In this document: positions 1 to 9,344 of the stretch, in pieces
Layout of the letters: each line of letters begins with the position of its first letter
How positions within the stretch are numbered: the first letter of the stretch is position 1
Assembly: GCA_030833925.1 (NCBI GenBank)
Contig: JAURGE010000008.1
Span: forward strand, 6,617-70,616
Direction of reading: 5' to 3'
From: Alphaproteobacteria bacterium
GTDB taxonomy: Bacteria > Pseudomonadota > Alphaproteobacteria > Bin95
DNA: 64,000 bases
Position numbers and translations under genes: made by a program
Notes under the pieces: generated by a model
What the model was told of the DNA's origin: nothing
The model's input: the letters and a program-made list of their open reading frames with translations, nothing else
The model's database searches: none

Positions 1-477
1 GATTCCGTAGAGAATAAGCGTAATTGAAGGGGGAATCAGGATGGCGATACCCCTACCACACGCAATGATACCCGCTGACATCCAGACTGGGTAACCCCTG
101 CGGATCATTTCCGGATAGGCTATAATACCCATGGCCGCAGCCATGGCAGTTGAAGAGCCTGAAATAGCACCAAACAAGACGGCAGCGAGCAGCGTGGCAT
201 AAGCAAACCCGCCAGGCAGCCAGCCAATCAGCGCATCCGCAAAATTGAATAGCTTAGAAATCAAGCCGGTTTTTTCCATTAAAAAACCGGCATAAATGAA
301 GAAGGGAATTGCCATCAAAGTGTAACTGTTCAGAAACTGAAAAAATGCTCTGAACAGTGCGTTAGGACCCAACATTGGGTCCGAAATCACCACCAAAATA
401 GTTGCGCCAGCAAGCGCTATACCGATTGGTGCTGCAGCCAACATCAATCCGATTAATGATCCGCCAAGAGCCCACAT
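1..477 (-). CDS. dctM: TRAP transporter large permease (DctM family), 3' end truncated by window edge
   Basis: Not in the ORF track. Manual translation from ATG at 477 gives MWALGGSLIGLMLAAAPIG...LMAIPFFIYAGFLM...FGAISGSSTAMAAAMG...ILIPPSITLILYG, which carries typical DctM motifs. Follows dctP-dctQ. Confidence 0.92.
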   Translation of the reverse strand, partial: MWALGGSLIGLMLAAAPIGIALAGATILVVISDPMLGPNALFRAFFQFLNSYTLMAIPFFIYAGFLMEKTGLISKLFNFADALIGWLPGGFAYATLLAAVLFGAISGSSTAMAAAMGIIAYPEMIRRGYPVWMSAGIIACGRGIAILIPPSITLILYGI

Positions 478-521
478 ATTAGTTCGTCCCTGTTATACGC
501 AACGGCCTGGGAGCCAGAGCT

Positions 522-1079
522 TTATATATCTGTGTGTATTTCAGCGGGTGCCCATTCAAAAACGGACTTACCCATTAAAGCACGGATATCTTGATAAAGA
601 TGAAAGAGCGTTACCAAAGCCATAAGAGCGAAAGCCGCTAGCAACATGGCCTGGAAAGGCCACAACAGCAGGAACATGCTCTGAGAGGTTCGGCCAGTCA
701 TCATTGTTCTTTCCACCGCTGGAAAACCCCAATAGGCAAAGAAGCTGAAGAAGAACAATGAGAAGGCTGAAACACCTAAGCGAAGGAAAATGACTGTCTT
801 TTCGAAGCCCCAACCACGGAGCAGATCAGTAAAAGCACTCATGACAAGATGAGCGCGCTTTGCCTGAGTCACTACAAAATAAATAAACACCGACCCAATG
901 ATCACATAAATTACAAAATCTTGTCCCCACTCGTGCACAACACCGAAAATGTACCTGCGAAAAACTTCGTAGATGGCAAATAGTGTGCCACCCAGCAGTC
1001 CGATCGATGCTAAGTTCCCTAAAACTCTGTCTGTTATGAAGCGAATACCTCTATAGAGGCTGTCTAAAGCACTATCCAT
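522..1079 (-). CDS. dctQ: TRAP transporter small permease (DctQ family)
   Basis: About 185 aa from MDSALD with 4 hydrophobic segments and EVFRRYIF...WGQD motif. Lies between dctP and dctM. The ORF-track extension to 1220 runs over the intergenic hairpin. Confidence 0.85.
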   Translation of the reverse strand: MDSALDSLYRGIRFITDRVLGNLASIGLLGGTLFAIYEVFRRYIFGVVHEWGQDFVIYVIIGSVFIYFVVTQAKRAHLVMSAFTDLLRGWGFEKTVIFLRLGVSAFSLFFFSFFAYWGFPAVERTMMTGRTSQSMFLLLWPFQAMLLAAFALMALVTLFHLYQDIRALMGKSVFEWAPAEIHTDI

Positions 1080-1203
1080 GTCAGAAGTCCTGTCAAAGGG
1101 CGCACGCGACAAGCATTCAATTTGCGATAAGCGGGCGGCGAGTAATAAAAAATTATGTGAAAGATTGGCCCACTTCTGGAGTGGAAGTGCGCTCAACCCA
1201 ACA

Positions 1204-1237
1204 CCTTCGACCAGACACAAAAATGCCCGGCCGAAGG
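1204..1237 (-). promoter_or_regulatory. Stem-loop after dctP (mRNA-stabilising or partial terminator)
   Basis: Minus strand CCTTCGGCCGGGCA-TTTTTG-TGTCTGGTCGAAGG forms a 14-bp stem with three G-U pairs that work only on the sense strand. Typical position after a solute-binding protein gene. Confidence 0.65.
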
Positions 1238-1253
1238 TTTATGAGGCTTACTA

Positions 1254-2375
1254 TTATTTCTTTGTGTACTTTGTGAAGTAAGGCTTAATCTTTTCGCAGT
1301 CGGTCTTTTCCAACTGGCTGCTGCCGGTTGGATTGGCCTCAACGAGCGCGTCAGCCTCTGCAGCAAACTTATCTACCCATGCATCTGCATCGGCAGGCGT
1401 GTTTGCCTTAATCCACTTACCTGTAGCGACTGCAGCCTTCTTAACAAAGCTGGCCTGCTGTTTGTCCATGACGTAGATGCCTGGCTTAGAGGGATCTTTT
1501 GTCTCATACTTTTCCACCAGACGGCGGTCATTACAGAAATTAACTTGCTTTTGGAACGGCATGACGTCGTTTACGAACATATCACGAAGTAAATCGCGTT
1601 GTTCTTTATCCAAACGTGCGAGCCATTGCTTTGATGCACCAATCCAATAGTAGTCGCCAACGATACCATTCAGCCCAGCAATGGTGAAGAATGGCGCCTG
1701 ATCTTTGGTGGTGTTAAATCCACCCAAAGAGGTTAACAGACCATCAATTACACCTGTTTGGAGAGCGGGCGGCACGTCGCCAAATGCCATGGTGGTGGGA
1801 TTAGCACCAAGCGCGGCAAGGAGTGCGTTTTCAGCAGGGCCCATCGAGCGGATTTTTTTGCCTTTAAAATCGTCTGGCCCCATTAAACGTTGGCCTGAAC
1901 CGGCACCCATATACATTGACAAGTGACCAGCAGCAAAAACCTCGACGTCATGAACTTTGTCAAAACGATCAACTAGGAACTTATACGTTGAGGTTGTTTC
2001 TAATGAGTTAATGGCACCAGGCGTTGTTAGAAGCTGAGGTCCAACTACGAGGTTCATGTAAGGATCAACAGCTGCGGTCTTACCGAACTGGCCCCAAGTC
2101 ATTTCAAGGTTACCCTCGGTCATTGCCTCAACCGCTTCTGGGATACGGTAGAGAGCACCCGCAAAATACAAACGCACTTCGCTTCCAGGAACCTGAGCCT
2201 CAAGCTTCTCTTTGAAATATGTCATCGCAATGCCAGCCGGGTGGGGCGGGCCAGTGAGGTCAGCTGCGATACGAATTGTCATTGGCTTAACGTCAGCTGA
2301 CGCTGCCGCTGCACCAAAAACCGTCAATGCGGCGGCGGCGGCTGCAGAAAGCAGGCCTTTCTTGCCAAACTGCAT
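1254..2375 (-). CDS. dctP: TRAP transporter substrate-binding protein (DctP family)
   Basis: Ala-rich signal peptide (MQFGKK...AAASA-D). DFKGKKIRS retains the carboxylate-binding Arg; GANPTTMAFGDVPPALQTGVIDG motif. Confidence 0.92.
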   Translation of the reverse strand: MQFGKKGLLSAAAAAALTVFGAAAASADVKPMTIRIAADLTGPPHPAGIAMTYFKEKLEAQVPGSEVRLYFAGALYRIPEAVEAMTEGNLEMTWGQFGKTAAVDPYMNLVVGPQLLTTPGAINSLETTSTYKFLVDRFDKVHDVEVFAAGHLSMYMGAGSGQRLMGPDDFKGKKIRSMGPAENALLAALGANPTTMAFGDVPPALQTGVIDGLLTSLGGFNTTKDQAPFFTIAGLNGIVGDYYWIGASKQWLARLDKEQRDLLRDMFVNDVMPFQKQVNFCNDRRLVEKYETKDPSKPGIYVMDKQQASFVKKAAVATGKWIKANTPADADAWVDKFAAEADALVEANPTGSSQLEKTDCEKIKPYFTKYTKK

Positions 2376-2518
2376 GTGTTTTTCTCCCTGTTTGATACTC
2401 AATCTTACTTAAAATGGCACCCGTCGACTAATCGACTTAAAGCACATTTCTTTCATATTACCCGTACTTGAGCTTTGGCGCGAGTGAAAAAGATAAAAAT
2501 CATATTATATGCGGTTGT

Positions 2519-3457
2519 TCACGAAATCACTCTGACCGGATTTCCACTTATCCAGGCCCGAACACACTCGACGGTCTGTTGATAAAATATGTCCAGAGTG
2601 TCTTCAGTCACGTAACCCAGGTGTGGTGTCAGAACAGCGTTGTCCAACGTCCTTATAGGATGATCAGCCGGCAGTGGTTCAGTTCCGTATACGTCGAGCC
2701 CAGCTCCTCCAATAGTTCCAGCTTGAAGAACAGCTAGCAAAGCATCCTCATCGATGATGGGCCCCCGCGATGTATTCACGATGCATGCGGTTGGCTTCAT
2801 CATGTCAAGATCGGCTCGCCCAACCAGACCCCGAGTTCTGTCGCCTAAAACTAGATGGACCGAAATAAAATCTGATTCCTTAAATAGGGTCTTTTTATCA
2901 ACTAACTTCGCCCCATGGGCTTTGCAGGTCTCCTCGGTTAAGTTTTGGCTCCAAGCAATCAGGTTCATGTTAAAAGCGCGAGCGTAAACGGCGAGTTGCT
3001 GGCCAAGCTTCCCCAAACCAAGCAAGCCCAGCGTGGCACCATTAAGGCTTCTGCCAATCGTAGTCTGCCACTCGCCCCTGCGCATCTTGCGCCCCTCTTG
3101 AGGGATAGAGCGAGCAAGTGAAAGAATAAGTCCCATCGCAAGCTCTGGAGTAGGAGTGTGACTTCCACTTGTTCCTGTCACCACAACATTGCAGTCACGG
3201 GCAGCGTCCATATCTATCGCTGCATTTCGCATACCCGTCGTTGCAATTAGCTTCAGATTTGGTAGTGCTTTTATTACGGCAGCCGGAAAAGCTGTTCGCT
3301 CTCGCATCAGACAAACAACATCGAAAGGCTGCAGGCGCTCGATAACTCGGGCCTGGTCTGCCTGATGATCCCTAAAAACTGTTACGTCTAAACCACTCCA
3401 ATCTGCAGCTTTCAATGCTGCGCCTTGATAATCGTCCATGATCGCTATTTTGGTCAT
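2519..3457 (-). CDS. D-2-hydroxyacid dehydrogenase family protein
   Basis: MRERT, TTGMRNAAID, GLGKLG Rossmann motif, NTSRG, LDVY..EP, LTPHLGY catalytic His. Alternative start at 3469. Confidence 0.9.
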   Translation of the reverse strand: MTKIAIMDDYQGAALKAADWSGLDVTVFRDHQADQARVIERLQPFDVVCLMRERTAFPAAVIKALPNLKLIATTGMRNAAIDMDAARDCNVVVTGTSGSHTPTPELAMGLILSLARSIPQEGRKMRRGEWQTTIGRSLNGATLGLLGLGKLGQQLAVYARAFNMNLIAWSQNLTEETCKAHGAKLVDKKTLFKESDFISVHLVLGDRTRGLVGRADLDMMKPTACIVNTSRGPIIDEDALLAVLQAGTIGGAGLDVYGTEPLPADHPIRTLDNAVLTPHLGYVTEDTLDIFYQQTVECVRAWISGNPVRVIS

Positions 3458-3572
3458 TCGCGAGGGCATCCTTAATTTTGCCTAGTTCTTTTTGTTACGA
3501 TGCGCGTGAAGCCTTGTGCCTGTCCAGCCAAAAGGCAATAAATCGTTCAGGCGCGTGTGGAGTAGCAGTTCG

Positions 3573-5096
3573 ATGAGAAACAGTGTTTTCCGCTGGGAAG
3601 TTGCCTCTCGGACCATCGTGTTGGCGGTGATTACAATTTCCCTGGCTGCATGCCAGGCCAACCAAACGGGCCCACTCGCTCCAGAGCAATCCATCAACAG
3701 GCCAAACCTTAAAAAGGTCTCTAGCAGCGTATCAAACTCACGCAGCAAAACATCAGAACCAGTGTCACGCAGCAAACCACTGGAACCAGTATCACGTGAA
3801 AAACTGGTTAACCCAGATCGGACTGCCCCATTGCGCCTTGCCTTACTTACACCTCTCTCTGGCAACAAAGAGGTTGAAGGCCGGGAAATTAGCAATGGTG
3901 CTGCTATGGCGATACTTGATACGCCTGAGATTGCAGCTGAATTATTATCCTATGATACGGGTATTGATCCTATAAAGGCAGCATCAGCTGCTGCTTCTGA
4001 TAACTCAGATATTATTATTGGCCCCCTCTTAAACCACGAAACTGCCGCAATTTCCCCCATTCTCGCGAAAGAGGGCCTGATAGGGCTCTCATTTACTAAA
4101 GACAGCAGGATTATTGGCTCAAATGTTTTTGTTATGGGACGAGCCATAGAGCTAGAGACATCAAGAATCCTTCGACATGCTGCGAGCACTGGATCACGCC
4201 GCGTCGCCGTTTTTGGACGTCAAGGCCCCTTAGCTGATGCCAGTACCGACCAGGCTCTTCGAGAAGCCAATATCGCAAATCGGTTAGTGGTAAGCCGTGA
4301 GATATTCGGTGAAAAAGAAGACTACACATCGATTGCTCGCAAGGTGAGTGAATTAACCAAAAACGACGTTCGGCAAGCTAATAGAAAGGAAAATGCGGCA
4401 CAGCTTAAAGCAAACCTCAACGATTCCAGCGATCCTAGTGATGCCCTAAACTCAATGGCTGCCAGGTATGCAGGTAGAGAAAAGCGATTGCTTGAAAGTC
4501 TAGCTCGCTCCTACAAACGAATGACTAGCGCTGGCACTTCATCGTCGTCCGCAATTAATGCGATTGTAACGCGGTATTCTGCGGCCGGCGGACTAGGTAA
4601 AAGCCCGATTGATACTTTCCTACTGACAGTCAGTGGTGCAGAACTATCGACAATCGCTCCAATGTTTCAACTTTATGACTCAGAGGCAGCTGGGGTTCGC
4701 CTACTCGGTTTCTCTCGTTGGAAGGAAATGGATCCCCAACGTGCCCGCGAACTTCATGGTGGCCGCTTTCCCGCAGAACCAACCGACGACACATTCAGCA
4801 ATCGTTATAAAGACGCATTCGGGTCAGCACCCACAGAATTAGCGGGAATAGCATATGATTCGGTACGCCTTGCACTCGCGGCCGGTCGCATCGGCTACCG
4901 CCCATTACCAGCAGAGGCAATCTGGAACGCAGGCACAGTCAAGGGAGCTCACGGCCCTGTGCGCATGTCAGTCAAAGGCATGGCACTCCGCCCCTTGCAA
5001 GTTGTTGAAATACAACCAGACGGTTTTCAGGTGGTCGAACAAGCTTTGATACTCGACCCATTCGCATCTACAAGAGAAACATTAGGGTCGAAGTAA
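3573..5096 (+). CDS. Lipoprotein, penicillin-binding protein activator (LpoA/LppC-like, periplasmic binding fold I)
   Basis: Lipobox LAAC; RLALLTPLSG, YDTG, IIIGPLL, AYDSVRL and GAHGPVRM motifs; SD TGGAG before ATG 3573. Confidence 0.72.
   Translation: MRNSVFRWEVASRTIVLAVITISLAACQANQTGPLAPEQSINRPNLKKVSSSVSNSRSKTSEPVSRSKPLEPVSREKLVNPDRTAPLRLALLTPLSGNKEVEGREISNGAAMAILDTPEIAAELLSYDTGIDPIKAASAAASDNSDIIIGPLLNHETAAISPILAKEGLIGLSFTKDSRIIGSNVFVMGRAIELETSRILRHAASTGSRRVAVFGRQGPLADASTDQALREANIANRLVVSREIFGEKEDYTSIARKVSELTKNDVRQANRKENAAQLKANLNDSSDPSDALNSMAARYAGREKRLLESLARSYKRMTSAGTSSSSAINAIVTRYSAAGGLGKSPIDTFLLTVSGAELSTIAPMFQLYDSEAAGVRLLGFSRWKEMDPQRARELHGGRFPAEPTDDTFSNRYKDAFGSAPTELAGIAYDSVRLALAAGRIGYRPLPAEAIWNAGTVKGAHGPVRMSVKGMALRPLQVVEIQPDGFQVVEQALILDPFASTRETLGSK
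3738..3818 (+). repeat. In-frame 27-nt tandem repeat, 3 degenerate units (SRSKTSEPV/SRSKPLEPV/SREKLVNPD)
   Basis: TCACGCAGCAAAACATCAGAACCAGTG / TCACGCAGCAAACCACTGGAACCAGTA / TCACGTGAAAAACTGGTTAACCCAGAT. Confidence 0.7.
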
Positions 5097-5114
5097 TAAT
5101 CCAAGGCAACCTAT

Positions 5115-5798
5115 ATGGATCATCTATCTGAACTCTGGCCAGTCATTGCTCTTACTTTGCGCTTAGCCCTGGTTACAACCATTTTTCTGCTGGTCGTTGG
5201 GACACCGATTGCATGGGCTTTAGCTCGATGCCAATCCAGATGGAAAGAACCATTGGCGGCAATTATTGCTATGCCGTTAGTGTTGCCGCCTACGGCACTT
5301 GGTTTCTACTTGTTACTTGCTCTAGGGCCAGACGGACCAGGTGGTTGGATCGCAGAACTGTGGGGTGCGCGCAGTCTTGCCTTCACATTTGCAGGCCTCG
5401 TCATTGGTTCAATGGTCTATTCGCTACCGTTTGTTGTGCAACCTATTAGAAATGCGTTTGAAACTATCCGAGAACCAACTCTGGAAGCTGCCCGTACTTT
5501 AGGGGCTTCGCCAATTGATATTTTTTTTCGCTTAGCCTTGCCACTTGCAAAGCGCGGCATTCTGACAGGCGCTATACTCGCGTTTGCACATACAGTTGGT
5601 GAATTCGGTGTCATCCTTATGATTGGCGGAGATATTCCTGGAGAAACTCGCGTTGCTTCAGTCGCGTTGTATGATTTCGTCGAGACGTTGGAATGGGGCA
5701 AAGCCCATATCCTAGCTGCTGGAATGATAATATTTGCGTTCCTTGTTGTACTTACGGCACTCCTGCTTGGAAACAGCCAGCGGGAATCAATAAATTGA
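5115..5798 (+). CDS. modB: Molybdate ABC transporter permease
   Basis: [22 protein letters not shown] (EAA loop), [24 protein letters not shown]. Confidence 0.95.
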   Translation: MDHLSELWPVIALTLRLALVTTIFLLVVGTPIAWALARCQSRWKEPLAAIIAMPLVLPPTALGFYLLLALGPDGPGGWIAELWGARSLAFTFAGLVIGSMVYSLPFVVQPIRNAFETIREPTLEAARTLGASPIDIFFRLALPLAKRGILTGAILAFAHTVGEFGVILMIGGDIPGETRVASVALYDFVETLEWGKAHILAAGMIIFAFLVVLTALLLGNSQRESIN

Positions 5799-6886
5799 AG
5801 CCGGACTGCATTACAGCTCATTTCAAAGGATTAGTTGGCACCTTTTACGTTGACGCCAAGTTTGAAATACCGTTGCTTGGTGTGACAGCTCTATTTGGGC
5901 CATCTGGTTCGGGAAAAACCACGATACTCCGCTGCATAGCTGGGCTGACACGGCTACAGGGTGAACTCAAGGTTGGATCTTGGACTTGGCAGGATTCCAA
6001 ACAATTCACACCTACCCACCTCCGCTCGATTGGATACGCATTTCAGCACGCCGAGCTATTCCCGCATCTTACTGTAGCAGGCAATTTAGCTTTCGCAGGG
6101 AAGTATTCTGATCGACGGCAGGGTCATAGATTGAGAATAAACAGCGCTGACATTGTAGCACTTTTAGGACTGGAACCTTTACTGAACAGGCAGCCAAATA
6201 AGCTCTCAGGAGGGGAACGCCAGCGCGTAAGCATTGCTCGCGCCCTGCTCTCTCAACCTCGCATCCTGCTTATGGACGAACCCCTTGCCAGTCTTGACCA
6301 AGCTGCAAAGGAAGAAATTTTACCCTACATCGAAAGCCTTAACAGAACCTCAGGCATTCCGGTCATATATGTCAGCCACGATATTGGTGAGGTCGCACGC
6401 CTCGCTGATCGAGTCCTTCAAATATCTGAAGGCCAGGTTGTAGGCATGGGGCCGATAGGTGAAATGATAGAACGTCTTGGCTTAGATGCTGGTGTTCCCG
6501 CATTTGAAGAAAGTGCGCTTCTAAAGGGTCGAATCGCCAGTCATGACCAAACCAATCGAATAACGCAAATTGATCTTTCCCCTGGCGAATTGGCGGCGCC
6601 AAACATCAACCTTCCAGTAGGGCAAGAAGTGCGCGTCAGAGTCCGTGCCCGTGACGTTGCCGTTGCGCTAGAACGACCTCGTGCAATTAGCATTCGAAAC
6701 ATACTCTCAGCGACAGTGGCAGAGTGCGTTGCCCAGGAAAATATGGGCTCTGCAGATATTATTTTAGATATTGGCGACCAGCGCCTTCGGGCTCGAATAA
6801 CGCTTGCTTCTCTTTCCGACCTGAATTTACAGCCAGGACAGCAAGTCTACGCCTTAATCAAAAGTGTAACGTTTGATGGACGTTAG
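5795..6886 (+). CDS. modC: Molybdate ABC transporter ATP-binding protein
   Basis: [23 protein letters not shown] and C-terminal TOBE/Mop domain. Probable TTG start overlapping the modB stop (TTGA). Confidence 0.93.
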   Translation: MKPDCITAHFKGLVGTFYVDAKFEIPLLGVTALFGPSGSGKTTILRCIAGLTRLQGELKVGSWTWQDSKQFTPTHLRSIGYAFQHAELFPHLTVAGNLAFAGKYSDRRQGHRLRINSADIVALLGLEPLLNRQPNKLSGGERQRVSIARALLSQPRILLMDEPLASLDQAAKEEILPYIESLNRTSGIPVIYVSHDIGEVARLADRVLQISEGQVVGMGPIGEMIERLGLDAGVPAFEESALLKGRIASHDQTNRITQIDLSPGELAAPNINLPVGQEVRVRVRARDVAVALERPRAISIRNILSATVAECVAQENMGSADIILDIGDQRLRARITLASLSDLNLQPGQQVYALIKSVTFDGR

Positions 6887-8079
6887 TTTTCGCTGAGGAA
6901 ATTGGTCAAGCGGTCCATAGCTTTGGTCAACCTCTCAGGTGAAGAGGCAAAGCAAAGACGGATCCATCCCTCTCCCTCTGGTCCAAAGGCACTACCAGGA
7001 GCCACGCCAACCTTAGTGGCTTGATATAGCTGCTTCGCCCAATTCAAACTGTTGTCCATCCCTTCCACCTGAAAGAAGGCGTAGAAGGCTGCTTTAGGCA
7101 TCGACGCTGCTACACGAGGGTGCTCCAACAGTGCGGACATGACGATGTCTCTCCCTTGGCGGCACCTTTCGCGAATGTCACTGACGAGCCCTTCTCCCTC
7201 GGAAACGGCCACTAACGCCGCCTTCTGGAGAAATGGAGGAACAGAACTAATGCTGTATTCGATTAGTTCGGTGAAAGCATGACTTAGCCAAGCAGGGTGG
7301 GTCAGCCATCCCACCCGCCAACCGGTCATAGCCCAACTTTTTGAGAAGCTGTTCACCACGATCACGGCATCATCTGGCTCAGCTATGTCTAAGAACGACG
7401 GCGCCACCGTTCTTTCGTAGACTAAGCGAGCGTAGACCTCATCTGACATTATCCATATGCCACGCCTTCGAGCGTAGTCCAAAATTTCTTGCTGTTGAGT
7501 TGACTCCATCATCCAACCCGTTGGATTCCCAGGTGAATTGATGAAAATCAAACGAGTAGAGTCATCACAAGCCGCAAAAAGCGTTTCGAGGTTTAAGCGC
7601 CATACACCGTTCTCGGCTTCCAGAGCTACAACGCGCGTCTCTGCGCCAGTAAATTCAGCTGTCGCCTGTGCATTTGGCCAAAGAGGACCAACGAGCACAC
7701 AGTTATCTCCACTCTGCAAAATCGCTTGCATAGCAGTGAGGATTCCATGCATGCCTGAAGCCGTAACCGTTACCCGTTCTGGGTCTATTCTTTGGTCGTA
7801 GAGATGGCTCATGTAGCTCGAGAGCGCCTCTCTTAGCTCTGGTAACCCCCGTTTATGACTATAAAAAGTCTCTCCTGCGAGCATTGCTTTGTGCGCTGCG
7901 TCGCAGATGAAGCTTGGCGTAGGAACATCACCTTCGCCATACCACAAGGGTATAGCATCCTTGTCACCCAAGCCTAGACGCGCCACTTCCCCTATTAATT
8001 GTGGCGTTGCATTGGCAACTAGCGCACGAATACGTGCAAGGCCAGGCGCATCGACTGGCCCCCTAATCGACTGCATCAA
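6883..8079 (-). CDS. PLP-dependent aminotransferase class I/II
   Basis: GEGD, NSPGNPTG, DEVY, NSFSKSWAMTGWRVG (PLP Lys), PGSAFG...RLCFA. Confidence 0.93.
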   Translation of the reverse strand: MMQSIRGPVDAPGLARIRALVANATPQLIGEVARLGLGDKDAIPLWYGEGDVPTPSFICDAAHKAMLAGETFYSHKRGLPELREALSSYMSHLYDQRIDPERVTVTASGMHGILTAMQAILQSGDNCVLVGPLWPNAQATAEFTGAETRVVALEAENGVWRLNLETLFAACDDSTRLIFINSPGNPTGWMMESTQQQEILDYARRRGIWIMSDEVYARLVYERTVAPSFLDIAEPDDAVIVVNSFSKSWAMTGWRVGWLTHPAWLSHAFTELIEYSISSVPPFLQKAALVAVSEGEGLVSDIRERCRQGRDIVMSALLEHPRVAASMPKAAFYAFFQVEGMDNSLNWAKQLYQATKVGVAPGSAFGPEGEGWIRLCFASSPERLTKAMDRLTNFLSEN

Positions 8080-8112
8080 TCGCTCCTGATCAGGGAGTGG
8101 CTATAGGCGATA

Positions 8113-8886
8113 TTAGCTGCGGTAGCTGGGGTCCTGACGATCTAGCCCACGCAGAAGCCCAGGCCATGCACGTTCCCCCTTAGGCTCTGGCCCAGGGGCA
8201 CCAAATTTGGCTAGGCTGGCCAGCGCATCATCATCAGGAACAATGTACTTCTTACCAGAAGCCAATACATCTACCTGAATTTTGCAGCTCATTTCCATGT
8301 AATAGAGAAAATGGAATGCCTCGGCCGCAGAACGACCACAGGCAAGCAAGCCATGATTGCGCAGCACCATCAGGTACTTATCACCAATATCTCTTTGGAG
8401 GCGGTCGCACTCATCTTGATCAGAAGTTACCTGGGCATAGTCATGATAAGCAACCTGGTCGAGGATGATATTCGAATGTTGCGATAGTGGCAGAAGCCCA
8501 CACTCCATAGCGGAGACTGCTGTGCCTGCTCGAGAATGAGTATGCAGCACAAAGTTGACGTCGGGACGCGCTTTTAAGACAGCTGTGTGAATAAGATGAC
8601 CAGCCTGATTGTACTCGCCGCCAGGTGGATCAATTACATTGCCATCCCAATCTGCCTTGATCAGCGAAGAGGCCGTTATTTCGTCGAAAAACAGACCATA
8701 AGGATTTATGAGGTAGGTGTTTTCCTCTCCGGGAACGCGCGCGGAGATGTGCGTGTAGATTAGATCTGTCCAGCCGTATCTTACAAAAAGGCGATAAAGG
8801 GCAGCTAAATCTACTCGGGTCTGCCACTCAGCTTCCGAATACTTTGAATCGACAGCTCTTAGTGCTGGTTGAGCAGGAGGTGTCAT
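8113..8886 (-). CDS. Class II aldolase/adducin family metalloprotein
   Basis: DLIYTHISAR, NPYGLFFDEITASSL, HTHS, LRNHGLL. SD GGAG before ATG 8886. Confidence 0.9.
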   Translation of the reverse strand: MTPPAQPALRAVDSKYSEAEWQTRVDLAALYRLFVRYGWTDLIYTHISARVPGEENTYLINPYGLFFDEITASSLIKADWDGNVIDPPGGEYNQAGHLIHTAVLKARPDVNFVLHTHSRAGTAVSAMECGLLPLSQHSNIILDQVAYHDYAQVTSDQDECDRLQRDIGDKYLMVLRNHGLLACGRSAAEAFHFLYYMEMSCKIQVDVLASGKKYIVPDDDALASLAKFGAPGPEPKGERAWPGLLRGLDRQDPSYRS

Positions 8887-8897
8887 AGCTTCTCTCC

Positions 8898-9203
8898 TTA
8901 GAGTTTTTGTTTGATTTCGATAACTTCGCGGGTGCGGGTAACTTTTCCATCCCAAAGACGATCGAACTCCGCAATAAGGGCCTTGATCGCGTCAGATGAA
9001 GCGATGGACCGAGCTCGGTCTAGGTCTGGAAATTCATACAAGGCTATATGAACACCCGGAGTCACATCACTCCATCCGCGCTCAGCGCCCTGTGCCTGAA
9101 ATGCCTTAATTGCATCTGGCAGATGTTCAGTTTCATACCAATGATCAAAGTCGTCACGACTATCTTCGGAGACTTCCGCTCGGACGATAAGATAGGCAGA
9201 CAT
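8898..9203 (-). CDS. Small hypothetical protein, EthD/DUF4286-like dimeric alpha-beta barrel
   Basis: 101 aa with FDHWYETEHLPDA motif and SD AGGAG. Same direction as the aldolase with an 11-nt gap. Confidence 0.7.
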   Translation of the reverse strand: MSAYLIVRAEVSEDSRDDFDHWYETEHLPDAIKAFQAQGAERGWSDVTPGVHIALYEFPDLDRARSIASSDAIKALIAEFDRLWDGKVTRTREVIEIKQKL

Positions 9204-9288
9204 TTTTAATTGGCTCCTGACGCTGCAACTCTATTGAAACAGGTGTTGGCTTATCTCGCAATCATCATCAGACATCCGAAACAAGACC

Positions 9289-9315
9289 AAAAAGGACAGC
9301 CGCATTGCTACGGCC
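9289..9315 (-). terminator. Probable intrinsic terminator after antiporter gene
   Basis: Minus strand GGCCGTA-GCAA-TGCGGCT (GNRA loop) followed by GTCCTTTTT. Confidence 0.55.
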
Positions 9316-9344
9316 CAGTTAAACAAACCTTGGGTCATGTTTCC

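Noticed and set aside
1080..1220. Extended dctQ N-terminus
   Set aside because: It covers the intergenic hairpin and leader. A normal-length DctQ starts at 1079.
5693..5794. ORF-track start of modC inside modB
   Set aside because: It implies a 100-nt overlap with non-ModC sequence. TTG at 5795 gives the usual 4-nt overlap.
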